DNA from: Callorhinchus milii
Lineage: Eukaryota
NCBI RefSeq assembly: GCF_018977255.1
Contig: NW_024705423.1
Span: 1 to 45,968 of the forward strand
Direction of reading: 5' to 3'
DNA length: 45,968 nucleotides
The translations under genes were made by a program, and so were the position numbers. The notes under the pieces are model-generated. The model was not told where the DNA came from and did no database searches. It worked only from the letters and a program-made list of their open reading frames with translations. The stretch's first letter is position 1, and each line of letters starts with the position of its first letter. Shown here piece after piece: positions 11,567 to 23,105 of the stretch.

Positions 11567-11894
11567 GTGGAGTCCTGAAGCTCGGGTTAGAGCACTTGCC
11601 TTGTGAGCGAGACACCTGGGTTCAATTCCAGGCAGAGGGCGAAACCTTGGGCAAGTTTCCTTACTCCACCCACACAGAGCCTAATAATAATCCCTCCAAA
11701 ACAAAACAATAATAATTGGTCATTTTCAATCCACGACTGTTTGTGGGACATTGCTGTGCGCAATTGGCTGCCGCGTTCGCCCACAAATATACAGTCAATT
11801 CACTTTACAGTATATTCTGTGAAGCGCTATGAGATGTCTAGAAGACGTGAAAAGCGCTATATCAAAACGCAAGGATTATTATTATTATTATTAT
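11567..11894 (+). mobile_element. tRNA-derived SINE, short subfamily
   Basis: Same family, full length. Confidence 0.9.
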
Positions 11895-12105
11895 AGATAT
11901 TCTATGTTTCTAAGCAGAACGCTTTCCACCATGGAGAATGCACCCTGGACTCCAGACAAAGTGGAGTTTCCATACATCTGTGGAACTCAGCTGTTTAGGA
12001 TATTGTATGTCAGACACTTGGCCAATCACAACAATCAGAAATCCAACTTCACACAGCTTTCAATGTTCGACTTAAGTCCTACCAAAGATAACTGTACATA
12101 CATAC

Positions 12106-12145
12106 CTTTGCCATTAATTTTCAGTAGGTAGGAGCGTTCCAAGGT
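12106..12145 (-). CDS. RRM1: RRM1 exon 6 (TLERSYLLKINGK)
   Basis: GCAG/GTATGT, 40 nt. Confidence 0.97.
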
Positions 12146-12236
12146 CTGCAAAACAAATTGCATTAAAAACAAACAAAATGCAAGCACAATCCATGTGAAA
12201 ATTTTCAGGTGAAAAACATGATCCCAACACCCTTAC

Positions 12237-12296
12237 CTTAAAACCAAAGTAGTTGTAAGAGAAGTCTCGGTCATAGATAATGGCAGAGTTCAGACG
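12237..12296 (-). CDS. RRM1: RRM1 exon 5 (RLNSAIIYDRDFSYNYFGFK)
   Basis: GCAG/GTAAGG, 60 nt. Confidence 0.98.
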
Positions 12297-12400
12297 CTGC
12301 AAGAGAAGGGTCAGAAAGGCTTAATATATGTGTGTGCAACCATCACACCCTCGCAAGGCCAGTGACAATAGCCAGTAATAGTTTACACAAAGTGACCTAC

Positions 12401-12501
12401 TTCCTTATTCTTCAGCACCAACTCAAGAGTTTGCTTAGAGATCATAGGCGAGTGCTTATTGTTCAGAGGGTTCACGTAGGTGTACAGATCATCCATCACC
12501 T
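12401..12501 (-). CDS. RRM1: RRM1 exon 4 (EVMDDLYTYVNPLNNKHSPMISKQTLELVLKNKE)
   Basis: GCAG/GTAGGT, 101 nt, in phase with neighbouring exons. Confidence 0.96.
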
Positions 12502-12829
12502 CTGCAATAGAAAGCCAGACAGCAAACATGAATTCATACAAACAAAACTAACCGTAAATAATTACAGTAATGGGCAGATCAGTGGCAGATGAAGCAAAAT
12601 GTGAGGCGATTCATTTTGGCAGAAAAAAAACAAGAGTAGAGAGTAAATATTGAATATTCATTAACATTCAATAACTTGCAAGTAGCAGAGGAGTAAAGGG
12701 ATTTTGAAGCATAAGTTCACAAGTCCCTGAAAGTGGCAGCACCAACTGAGAAGGCTGCGAAAAGCCCTGGTTCCCTGGGTTTTACACTATAATAAGCGAT
12801 AATGCTGTGTGTACAAACCCCAGCAAGCT

Positions 12830-13920
12830 AGTCCTTGCCTGGCTCCACCGGCTCCCAATTACTGAACGTATCGACTTCAAGATCGGAAAATGAAAAAGAC
12901 CTGGGGATCCTGATTGATAATAAATTGAACCCAACAGTGCTCAGTAGCAGAAAGTCATGCAAACCAGATGCTGAGCTGTATTAAAAGGGCAGTATTGAGC
13001 CAAAAGAGTGGGATAATCCTGTCACTTTATAAATCACTGGTGCAATCGCGATTGGAATACTGTGTGCAGTTCTGGTCACCCAAATATGAAAAGGAAATTG
13101 CAATGATTGAGAGGATACAGAGAAGGGCAACCAAAATAATTGAGGGGATGGAAGGACTGGATTATGACAAGCGATTAGATAAACTGGGAATGTTCACACG
13201 GGGCAAGAGAAGGTTGAGTGGCAATATGATTATTGACTTTAAGATTCTGAAGGGACAAGATAAGTAGGACTGTGATAAGCTGTTTTAACTTGTACTGAAC
13301 AGCAGAACCACAGGATACAGCCTGGGGGGCAAATTGAGAACAAATCTGTGAAGAACTACTTCAGTGAGCAAGTAGTAAACTTATGGAACAGGCTCCCGAG
13401 GGAGACAGTGGAAGCAGAAAATGTTATTTGTTTCAAGAATAAATTAGGTATATTTCTGATAGAAAATAATATATCGAGATACAATGGATCATCTGGGAGA
13501 CGACATGTCAAGCAAACTAGATGGACCTTGGTCTTCTTTCACCAAACAAATTCTTATTTTCTTAAGATCCTCTCACTCATTTTCAAAACGCTTCATGCCC
13601 TCGCTCCTCCATAACTATCCGATTTGTTTAGCCCCCACTCCCCATCGGCTGGCTCCGGTCTTCTATTTGTCCCTTGTCCCCTCCACCATCAGTGGCCATG
13701 CCTTCAGCCACTACTCCCCGAAATTCTGGAACTCTCTCCCTCAATCCCTCCGCCTTGCTCCCTCCCCCCTCATGTTCAAATCCCACCTAAAGACCTTGCT
13801 TTTGAATCACGGTCACCTCCCCACCTCTCCCTCAGGCCCGGGGTCAAACGCCGCCATTGTCAAGCGTTCAGGACACTCTCCCGCATGAAGAGCATTATTT
13901 ACATGCAAATTGTTGTTGTT
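12830..13920 (+). mobile_element. L2 3' fragment interrupted by a CR1 3' fragment (~12884-13560)
   Basis: CR1 C-terminal LYKSLV.SRLEYCVQFWSP...IERIQRRATK; L2 resumes after a repeated AAGATC. Confidence 0.8.
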
Positions 13921-14159
13921 TGGCCACAACTGAAGCACTCGGTTCATTTAGGGTACTTCACTCCAGGAAGGCTGTTAAGGCTTTGAAGGGAGTAGAGGAC
14001 ATTGGGGATGAGGGCTTTAGTTATCTGGAGATTAGAGAATTTGGGGTCTGTTTTCAATGGAGCAGAAAATATTGAGAGGGGACCGGTTACAGTTACGATG
14101 ATAATATACTAAATTATGAGCAGTTTTGACAGGGGAATAGGGAAAAGCTGTTTCACAAA

Positions 14160-16205
14160 ATTGCATACGCAGCGCCCTTCACATCGGGAGGATGTCCCAA
14201 GGCTCTGGACAATCAGGGATTTGGACACGAGCAGGGTGGTGTGGGGGAGGCGGGAGGGGGATAAGGGAGGTTGGAAGGTTACCAAATGCACGGTAAAAGA
14301 GGGTTTTGAGACGGGCCTTGAAGGAGGCAACTGGGGGAGCGAGTCAAAGGGACTGTGGGATGACGTTCCAGACATCAGAAGCTGACGTCCCGACCGCGAA
14401 CGGTGAGGTGGGCCAGGAAGGGGACGTGGAGCAGGCCAGAGCCTGCTGAGCGGACAGGTTGATAAGGGGTTAGCGGGTAACAGAAGTAGGAAGGTCACCA
14501 CGTGCCTTGAAGGTGAGGATGAGAATTTTGAACTCTAATCTCTAAGGGATGGAGACACAGTAGAGTGGGCGAAGGTGGGGGTGATGGGTCACGGAGCCTG
14601 GTGCGGGAGAGGACATGAGCTGCAGAGTTCTGGATGATCTGCAGCTTGTGGAGGGAAGAGTTCCAGAGGGCGACAAGCAGGGAATTGGTGTAGTTGAGCC
14701 TAGATGTTATGAATGCGTGAATGAGGGTTTCGGCGGCCTGAAGCAGTGGTGGAGAGGACGATGTTGCTGAGATGGGGGAAGGCAGAGCGGGTCATGGCAC
14801 GGATGTGGGTAGAAAGGACAGTTGAGGGTCAAACAAGACGCCAAGGTTCCAGACTGGCGCAGTGAGGTCTATAATCTTAGAAAACAATGACAACAAAATT
14901 ATATTTGTATAGCACATTTCACGTCAGGAGAACGTCCGAAGGCGCTGGAGATCGGTGATTCAGACCTGAGCTGGGGGTCGGGATCAGGGCGGGTGAGTGG
15001 GTGGGGGTGGGGGGAAGCAGAGTAATCAAAGGCGGGGTCGAAGTGGAGAATCTTAAAATGGGTCTTGAAGGAGGCATAGGAGGGACGAGGTGGATGGACC
15101 ACGTAATGAAGTTCCAGAGGATGGAGAAAGATTTGCAGAAGGCCCGTCCGCCAATAGTGCAGTGGACGAGGTGGGGGATGTGAAGCAGGCCGGAGACCGC
15201 TGAGCTGAAGGAGTGGGCAGGTTGGTGGGGGTTAGAAAGTCGCAGAGATAGGGGAGAGCAAGGCCATGGAGGGCTTTGAAGCTGAAGACCAGGACCTTGT
15301 GTCCTGTGTGATGAGAAGCCAGTGGAATCGGGTGAGGATGGGTGATAGGGTCACGGAGCCCGGTGCAGGAGAGGGGCTGCAGAGGTCTGGATGATCTGCA
15401 GCTTATGGAGGGAGCAGTTGATGAGGCTGACAAGCAAGAGGTTTGCATAGTCGAGTCTGGATGTTATGAATGCATGTGTGAGCGTCTCGGGGGCCTGCGG
15501 AGTGAGACAGTAGCGGAGCCAAGCGATGTTGTGGAGGTGGGGGAAGGCAGAGCGGGACATGGCATGGATGTGGGGTAGAAAGGATATTTGACGGTCAGAC
15601 AAGATGCCAAGGTTACAGACTGGCTTAGTAAGGTGGAGTGTGCGTCCATGGATGGTGATGCTATCAGCGCCTGAGGTGAGGAGGCGCTGACGGGAGCCAA
15701 TCAGCAGAGCCTTGTTCTTGGTGACGTTCAACTGTAGAAAGTTAGCTCTTATCCAGGACTTGATGACAGACATTCTGTCAGCACAGCAATGGTACTCGTA
15801 TCAAGGGTGGAGGCATAGAGGTAGAGTTGGGTATCATCCACGTATATGTGGAAGTGTAAGTGTAATCCATGTCTGCGGATTATATCACCAAGAGGGAGCA
15901 TATTGAAGAGGTGGGGGTTCAAGAACAGAGCCCTGAAGAACACCGCACGAGACACTGCGGGGGCTAGAGGAAAAAACATTTGTGAAGATGAAGTGGAGAC
16001 GGTGTGAGAGACAGGATCTGAACCATTCAAGGGCAGAACCATGAATGTTGAGGTGAGAGGAGAGGCGGTGAAGGATAGAGTGGTCAACGGTATCGAAGGC
16101 AGTGGAGATGTCAAGGAGGACGAGGGAGCCCTGGTTGCAGATGGACAAAATGTCATTTGTCACTTTAACCAAAGTTGTTTCTGGGCAGCACAGAAACCCG
16201 ATTGG
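14160..16205 (-). mobile_element. Two tandem 5'-truncated L2 copies (~14160-14870, ~14890-16205)
   Basis: RT/C-terminal L2 motifs (LDISTAFDTVDH, HAFITSRLDY) and two tails. Confidence 0.85.
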
Positions 16206-16609
16206 AGAAGTTAGGTCATCAGTTTTTACACCGCTGCTGGGATGTGGGATGCTCTGCCAAGTAAGGTGGTGGAGACACAGTCCACTGTGGATGTCAAGAG
16301 GGAAGTAGGCAGGTACGAAAACAAAAGTTTGATAGGGTTGAAGGAGTGTGGGGAAAGGGCGGGGCAGTGAGATTGAAGGAACTTGTTCACTTGAGCCAAT
16401 AGGCTAAATGGCTTCCTTCTGTGCTGTGAGTCTCTATCATCAAGCTCCAAATTGACATGTGAATAAAATGTACATTGATCCGGGCTATGGCGGGAGAGTG
16501 GGGTTGATCAGGGCTATGATCAACCAATCCTGTTCTCAATAGAACTGCACATCAGCCCAAACCAGGTCCCACAGGCCAGGAAATTAAGTTGTGTGACACA
16601 CTAACTCAC

Positions 16610-16787
16610 CACTGAACACTTTTTTGGTTTCCTTGTGCAGGTTGGAGACAGCAATGCGTGCAGCCAGGATGGCGTAGTCGGGGTGCTTGGTTGTCAGGGT
16701 AGCAGCGGTTTCTGCTGCCAATGTATCCAGCTCAACAGTGGTGACCCCACTGTACAGGCCCTGAATCACCTTCATTGTAATCTGCGC
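16610..16787 (-). CDS. RRM1: RRM1 exon 3 ([14 protein letters not shown]...[28 protein letters not shown])
   Basis: CCAG/GTGAGT, 178 nt; includes activity-site Asp57 (HPDY). Confidence 0.98.
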
Positions 16788-16794
16788 CTGGAGG

Positions 16795-18240
16795 ACACAT
16801 CATAGAATCATAGAATTATACAGCACAGAACGAGGCCATTCGGCCCATCCTGTCTGTGCTGCTCTTTGAAAAGAGCTTTCAAATCAAACCCACTCCCCCA
16901 CTCCCTCCCCACAGCCCTGATCAACCCCACTCCCCCACTCTCCCCACAGCCCTGATCAACCCCACTCCCCCACTCCCTCCCCACAGCCCTGATCAACCCC
17001 ACTCCCCCACTCCCTCCCCACAGCCCTGATCAACCCCACTCCCCCTGCCCTGATCCCCACTCCCCACTCCCCCCATAGCCCTGATCAACCCCACTCCCCC
17101 CTCCCTCCCCAAAGCCCTGATCAACCCCACTCCCCCACTCCCTCCCCACAGCCCTGATCAACCCCACTCCCCCCCTCCTCCCCACAGCCCTGATCAACCC
17201 CACTCCCCCACTCCCTCCCCCACAGCCCTGATCAACCCCACTCCCCCACTCCCTCCCCACAGCCCTGATCAACCCCACTCCCCCACTCCTCCCCATAGCC
17301 CTGATCAACCCCACTCCCCCACTCCTCCCCATAGCCCTGATCAACCCCACTCCCCCACTCTCTCCGAAAAGCCCTGATCAACCCACTCCCCACTCTCTCC
17401 CCACAGCCCTGATCAACCCCACTCCCCCACTCTCCCCCACAGCCCTGATCAACCCCACTCCCCCACTCTCCCCATAGCCCTGATCAACCCGTCAACCCCC
17501 CACTCTCCCCCACAGCCCTGATCAACCCCACTCCCCCACTCCCTCCCCACAGCCCTGATCAACCCCACTCCCCCACTCCCTCCCCATAGCCCTGATCAAC
17601 CCCACTCCCCCACTCCCTCCCATAGCCCTGATCAACCCCACTCCCCCACTCCCCCCCCATAGCCCTGATCAACCCCACTCCCCCACTCTTCCCCCACAGC
17701 CCTGATCAACCCCACTCCCCCACTCCCTCCCCATAGCCCTGATCAACCCCACTCCCCACTCCCCCCATAGCCCTGATCAACCCCACTCCCCCACTCTCCC
17801 CATAGCCCTGATCAACCCCACTCCCCCACTCTCTCCCCATAGCCCTGATCAACCCCACTCCCCCACTCTCTCCCCACAGCCCTGATCAACCCCACTCCCG
17901 CGCGCTCTCTCCATAGCTCTGCAAACTTGTCCTCCCCAAATAATTATCTGCTTCTCTCTTGTTGTTATGGAATCGGTTCCCACCGGCCTTTCAGGCAACG
18001 CATTCCAGATCCCAACAACTCGCTGTGAAAATATTTCTCCTCCCCTCCCCTCTGTTTCTTTTAACAACTATTTTAAATCGGTGTCCTGGGGTTACCGACC
18101 CACCCGCCAGTGGGAATAGTTTCTTCTTGTTCACCCTATCGAATCCCCTCATCATTTTGAAAACTTCTAAGTCTCCTCTTAACCTTCTCTGCTCCAAGGA
18201 GAATAATAGCTTCCCTAGCCTCTCCTCATAACTGAAATGT
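16795..18240 (-). mobile_element. CR1 3' end with an internal minisatellite expansion
   Basis: SYEERLGKL.FSLEQRRLRGDLEVFKMMRGFDRV; (ATTCTATG)n CR1 tail at ~16798-16817. Confidence 0.85.
16886..17898. repeat. ~36-bp minisatellite, about 28 units (AGCCCTGATCAACCCCACTCCCCCACTCCCTCCCCAC)
   Basis: Directly visible tandem array. Confidence 0.97.
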
Positions 18241-18329
18241 CCACATGTCCACAAAATATACAGTCAATTGATGTTACAGGATATTCTATGAAGCGTTTTG
18301 AGATGTCTCGAAGATGTGATAAGACGCTC

Positions 18330-19420
18330 TCTCACGCTGCCCATCCTCACTTCCAATGCTAACTGCGAGGTGATGCAAGACTTCCTCGAATCCAAAGTCG
18401 AGGGGATCCGCTCAGCTGCCTCTGCCCTTCCATCTACTACCCTCCCCACCTCCCCCCTCACCTCAGCCCCTACCCATCCCTCCCTCCCCACCTTCGAACC
18501 TATTTCCCACTCTTCTCTCACCACCACTATAACCTGCTTAAAACCAACCACCTGCTCCCTCAACCTCATCCCCATCCCTCTCCTCACCTCCCAGCTCCAG
18601 ATCCTTGCCCCACTACTCAGATATCATAAACCTCTCCCTTTCCACTGGTACTGTTCTCACCTCTTTAAAAACAGCTGTCATCACTCCTCAAAAAACCCTC
18701 CCTCGACCCATCTCTAATCTCAAACTACCGCCCCATTTCCAACCTCCGTTTCGTCTCCAAGGTACTGGAAAGAGTTGTTGCTTCCCAGCTTTGCTCCTTC
18801 CTTTCCCACTACTCCCTTCACGAACCCTTCCAATCGGGTTTCCGTGCCGCCCACAGCACAGAAACAGCCCCGGTCAAAGTGACAAATGACATCCTTTCAA
18901 TCTGTGACCAGGGCTCCCTCTGCCTCCTCGTCCTCCTTGACCTCTCTGCTGCCCGTGACACCGTCGACCACTCTCCCCAATCCATCGCCTCTCCTCTCAG
19001 CTCAACCTTCATGGCTCTGTCTTTGATTAGTTCATTCAATATACTTCTCACACCACCTCCATTTCATCTCCACAAACGGCTTCTCCTATAGCCCCCTACC
19101 ATCCTGTTCGCCCCTTCTGCTCAGCTGGCTCCAGCCTGCCTCACGCTCCCCTCCTCGCTTGCCCCACTATTGCCTCTGCCCCTACCCTCTGGAAAACCAT
19201 CACACGCTCCCTCCGTCTCGCCCCCTCCCTCACCTCCTTCAAGACCCGTCTCAGGATCCTCCTCTTCGACCATGCTTTCAATCTCCCTGCTTGCCCCCCT
19301 GCCCTCCACCCTCCCTGATCCTGACCACCAGCTCGTGTCCGAAATTCTGACTGTCCAGCGCCTTGGGACGTCCTCCTGACCTGAAAAGCGCTACACAAAT
19401 GTAATTTTGTTGTTGTTATA
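18330..19420 (+). mobile_element. L2 fragment with internal deletions
   Basis: Homologous to 2950-3660 and the L2 tail. Confidence 0.85.
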
Positions 19421-20659
19421 TCAGATGCAAGGATTATCATATGATGCACTCAGTTCAGCTGATTGATCATCATCTACAGGAAGGTTTGGAAAAGCACAAC
19501 ACAATTTATAGATAATCTCACACATCAAACATTACATCGTGCCGGGAGGACGTCCCAAAGTGCACAGCCCCAGATATGCCATTCAAAACTATGCCTAGGG
19601 TTTCGTCCTGTCTGGGAATGAAACCCAGGTTGTTTTGCTTATGAGGCAAGCGTGCTAATCACTAAGCTACAGGATTCCACCTGGCCAGTTTACCACACTA
19701 AACAAAGACCAAGTTGAGTCACCAGACGGGTTCTGAGACATGCAGAAACCCATCATGGTGTTTAAGAGCGTGACTAAGTTACACGTGTGTGTGTGTGTGT
19801 GTTTGTGTGTCTGCACGCATGCCACCCACAGATGGAATGCGTCTGGATTGAGATGCACTCTCTCCCCGGAGAGCCAAATCAAGCATGAGATGATTTCATC
19901 GCGCTGTGTCTGGACCCCAGCCTTGGGCTGACCCGCAGGATAAACAGCTCCTCAGCCCAAGGATCACTCCTCTGCCCACTGACGATGAGACACCATATAC
20001 CAACGAGGAGGATGGCTACACATTCCATTCCTAGACAATCTGAGGGACACCAACATGACCAAGCACAGAAAGTTGGCCAGCGTGTCTGTCATGGGGTCAC
20101 GGGTCGAGTAAAAGGTATGTCAGGGCAGCCTTTTGTGGTGCTGAATAACAATGATGGGCAACCTGGAGGCCCAGACACCAGGTAGCGGCGATCCCTCTAC
20201 AACAATAACATTGCATTTATACTGTGCCTTTCACATCAGGACGCAGCTGGTCTGTTAGACAAGGCCCAGATGAGTACCGCCACAGAGGGTGGGTCTCACT
20301 CAGCACTGATCTACCCAAGATGCCTATCAACCACCTCCCAGCCCAGGGCGGACTCACAGTAACGCAGTACAGTTGTCTGATGAGGAATTGGGCTCCAAAC
20401 ACTTTGTGTATAACACAAGTCGTATGATTCCAGCGAGGGCTTAGGGAACAGCGAATCTGTGCCAGAGCCAAGAGGAGCCACGCTCCCAGCAAGCAGGAGC
20501 GAAAGGCACGTTCCCAAGCAGCTCTCCTCAGCACTGTTGACGATACTCAAATGTTTATGGTTTATCGTATGCGGAATGGGGGCTGTGAGGTGGGGGGGGC
20601 CTCAGTCAGGATGCCTAACATCATGGGGCCTTCAGCCCAGATAGTTTGGGAACCGCAAG

Positions 20660-21330
20660 GTTAAGTGATAGGAAACAGAATGTGGGCATCCAGGGTTGTT
20701 GTTGACAATGTAGATGTAAATAGTGATACTCCGAGGTCAGTGTCAGGGCCACTGCTTTTCTCCATTTATATAAGTGATCTGGATTCTGGTACAAGCAACA
20801 GAATCTGTGGAGCCCTGTAGCTCAGCGGTTAGAGCACTCGCTTTGCGAGTGAGAGACCTGAGTTCAATCCCCGGGGGGTCAGGGCCAAACCTCGGGCAAG
20901 TTTCCTTACTCCACACAGAGCCTAATAATAATCCTCCAAAACCACAAACAATAATAAATTGGTCATTTTCAATCCACGACTGTTTGTGGGACATTGCTGT
21001 GCGCAATTGGCTGCCGCGTTCGCCCACAAATATACAGTCAATTCACTTTACAGTGTGTTCTGTGAAGCGCTTTGGGACGTCCTCCCGACGTGAAAAGCGC
21101 TATATCAAATGCAAAGATTATTATTTTATTAATCTCTGTTTGCAGATGACACAACGGGGAGTGTGGTCAATAGTGAAGATTGCAGCCAACCTCAGGCGGA
21201 CACGGGCAGAGAAATGGCAAATTTAATGCAGACAGTTGTGAACTATACAAATTTGGGAGCTATTGGAAGCTTAAACTTTATGAATAGGGGCATACAATGT
21301 AAAAGCAAAGAGGTAATGTTAAACTTACCT
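20660..21330 (+). mobile_element. Degraded CR1 RT fragment hosting a SINE insertion
   Basis: GPLLFSIYI.DLD and FADDT-like remnants either side of SINE 20807-21125; AATCT repeated at both junctions. Confidence 0.65.
20807..21125 (+). mobile_element. tRNA-derived SINE, short young subfamily
   Basis: Full length, near-identical to 21335-21658 and 26318-26651. Confidence 0.93.
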
Positions 21331-21334
21331 ACAT

Positions 21335-21658
21335 AATAATAATAATAATCCTTGCATTTGATATAGCGCTTTTCACATCGGGAGGACATCCCAAAGCGCT
21401 TCACAGAACACACTGTAAAGTGAATTGACTGTATATTTGTGGGCGAACGCGGCAGCCAATTGCGCACAGCAATGTCCCACAAACAGTCGTAGATTGAAAA
21501 TGACCAATTTATTATTGTTTGTGGTTTTGGAGGATTATTATTAGGCTCTGTGTGGAGTAAGGAAACTTGCCCGAGGTTTGGCCCTGACCCCCCGGGGATT
21601 GAGCTCAGGTCTCTCACTTGCAAAGCGAGTGCTCTCACCGCTGAGCCACAGGACTCCA
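21335..21658 (-). mobile_element. tRNA-derived SINE, short young subfamily
   Basis: Full length, inverted relative to 20807-21125. Confidence 0.93.
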
Positions 21659-21749
21659 TAGTGAGTTAGTAGTCAGACCTAGTAACGTACACTAGTTGGT
21701 GTGTGATGACTATGTTAATATGATCGGGACGGGTGTATTAGCCACTCAC

Positions 21750-21838
21750 CGGGTCCACAAAGTCTGGGTTCAGGCCATAGCAGAGTTTCTGAATGCGAGA
21801 CGTGATCTTGTCAAACATCACACGTTCCTGACGTCCAT
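21750..21838 (-). CDS. RRM1: RRM1 exon 2 ([30 protein letters not shown])
   Basis: ACAG acceptor, GTGAGT donor, 89 nt, ATP-cone sequence; not in the ORF track. Confidence 0.97.
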
Positions 21839-21929
21839 CTGTCACAGTCATTGTGTCTCACGTTAAGTCGCACCCCGACCCTCAGGGCGTTCCCCTCTCA
21901 CACAACCTGGGTATCCTCCCCCCACCCCC

Positions 21930-22780
21930 CCCGACTCCAGTCTCTCTCCCCCCCCACCCCGGCCCCTCTCACCATGCATTAACCACCGCAACCCCTCTCG
22001 CCTCCCCAGTCTCCCCCCATCTCGTCTCCCCCCCATCTCCTCCCCTCCCCCGTCTCCACCTATCTCCCCGTCTCCTCCCCTCCCCCATCTCCCCTTATCT
22101 CCCCGTCACTTCCCCCGTCTGCCCACCTTCCCCGTCTCCACCCCAATTCCCCCTCCCCCATGTCCTGCACCACCCCATCTCCCCCCACCAGTCCCCCCCT
22201 CTCTCTCCCCAGTCCCCTCCCTCTCTCTCTCCCCCAGTCCCCCCCTCTCTCTCCCCCAGTCCCCCCTCTCTCCCCCCAGTCCCCCTCTCTCTGTCCCCCC
22301 AGTCCCCCCCTCTCTCTCCCCCAGTCCCCCCCCTCTCTCTCCCCCCCCCTTCTCTCCCCCAGTCCGCCCCTCTGTCTCCCCCCAGTCCCCCCCTCTGTCT
22401 GCCCCCTCTCTCCCCCCCCCTCTGTCTCCCCCCAGTCCCCCTCTCTCCCCCCCAGTCCCCTCCCTCTCTCTCCCCCCCAGCCCCCCCCCCGCTGTCTCCC
22501 CCCTCTCCCCCCAGTCCCCCCCTCTGTCTCCCCCCCAGTCCCCCTCTCTCCCCCCCAGTCCCCCCCTCTCTCCCCCCCAGTCCCCCCCCTCTGTCTCCCC
22601 CCCAGTCCCCCTCTTCCCCCCCAGTCCCCCCCCCTCTGTCTCCCCCCCAGTCCCCCCCCTCTCTCCCCCCTCTCTACCCCCCAGTCCCCCCCTCTCTCCC
22701 CCCAGTCCCCCCCTCTCTCCCCCCCAGTCCCCCCCCTCTCCCCCCCCCCTCTCTCCCCCCCAGTCCACCTCTCTCTCTCC
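21930..22780. repeat. C-rich polypyrimidine tandem repeat (CCCCCCAGT/CTCT)
   Basis: Directly visible. Confidence 0.95.
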
Positions 22781-22866
22781 CGCCGTTTCTCTGCAGTTTT
22801 GGCGGCAGATGGAGTAACGGTAGAGAAGCCTGAGGCCTCCCGCGGCCCTGCGCTGCCGCCGCCAAA
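22781..22866. promoter_or_regulatory. Candidate RRM1 intron-1 cell-cycle element
   Basis: TTTGGCGGC 22798-22806 and its exact inverse 22858-22866; TAACGG (MYB consensus) 22815-22820; CTCCCGC 22837-22843. Confidence 0.45.
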
Positions 22867-23105
22867 CCCCTCACCCTCACCCTCACCCCATCCCTCACCC
22901 CAACCCCTCACCCCCTCACCCCCCACCCCTCCCAACCCCTCACCCCCTCACCCCCCCACCCCTCACCCCCTCACCCCCCCACCCCTCACCCCTCACCCTC
23001 ACCCCAACCCTCACCCCCCAACCCTCACCCTCACCCCAACCCCTCACCCTCACCCCAACCCTCACCCCACCCCTCACCCCAACCCCAACCCTCACCCCAA
23101 CCCTC
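22867..23105. repeat. (CCCTCA/CCCCAA)n telomere-variant-like hexamer repeat
   Basis: Directly visible. Confidence 0.9.

Noticed and set aside
16886..17898. CRISPR-like ~36-bp periodicity
   Set aside because: Variable parts are only C-run variants, not spacers; derived from CR1
20377..20421. Hammerhead ribozyme-like CTGATGAG...CTCCAAAC...GTC
   Set aside because: Essential GAAA is CAAA, stem III register is off and stem I cannot be formed convincingly; an Infernal search against Rfam hammerhead models would settle it
20774..21659. Recurrent '[12 protein letters not shown]...[15 protein letters not shown]' ORFs suggesting a gene family
   Set aside because: Chance open frame in the SINE consensus
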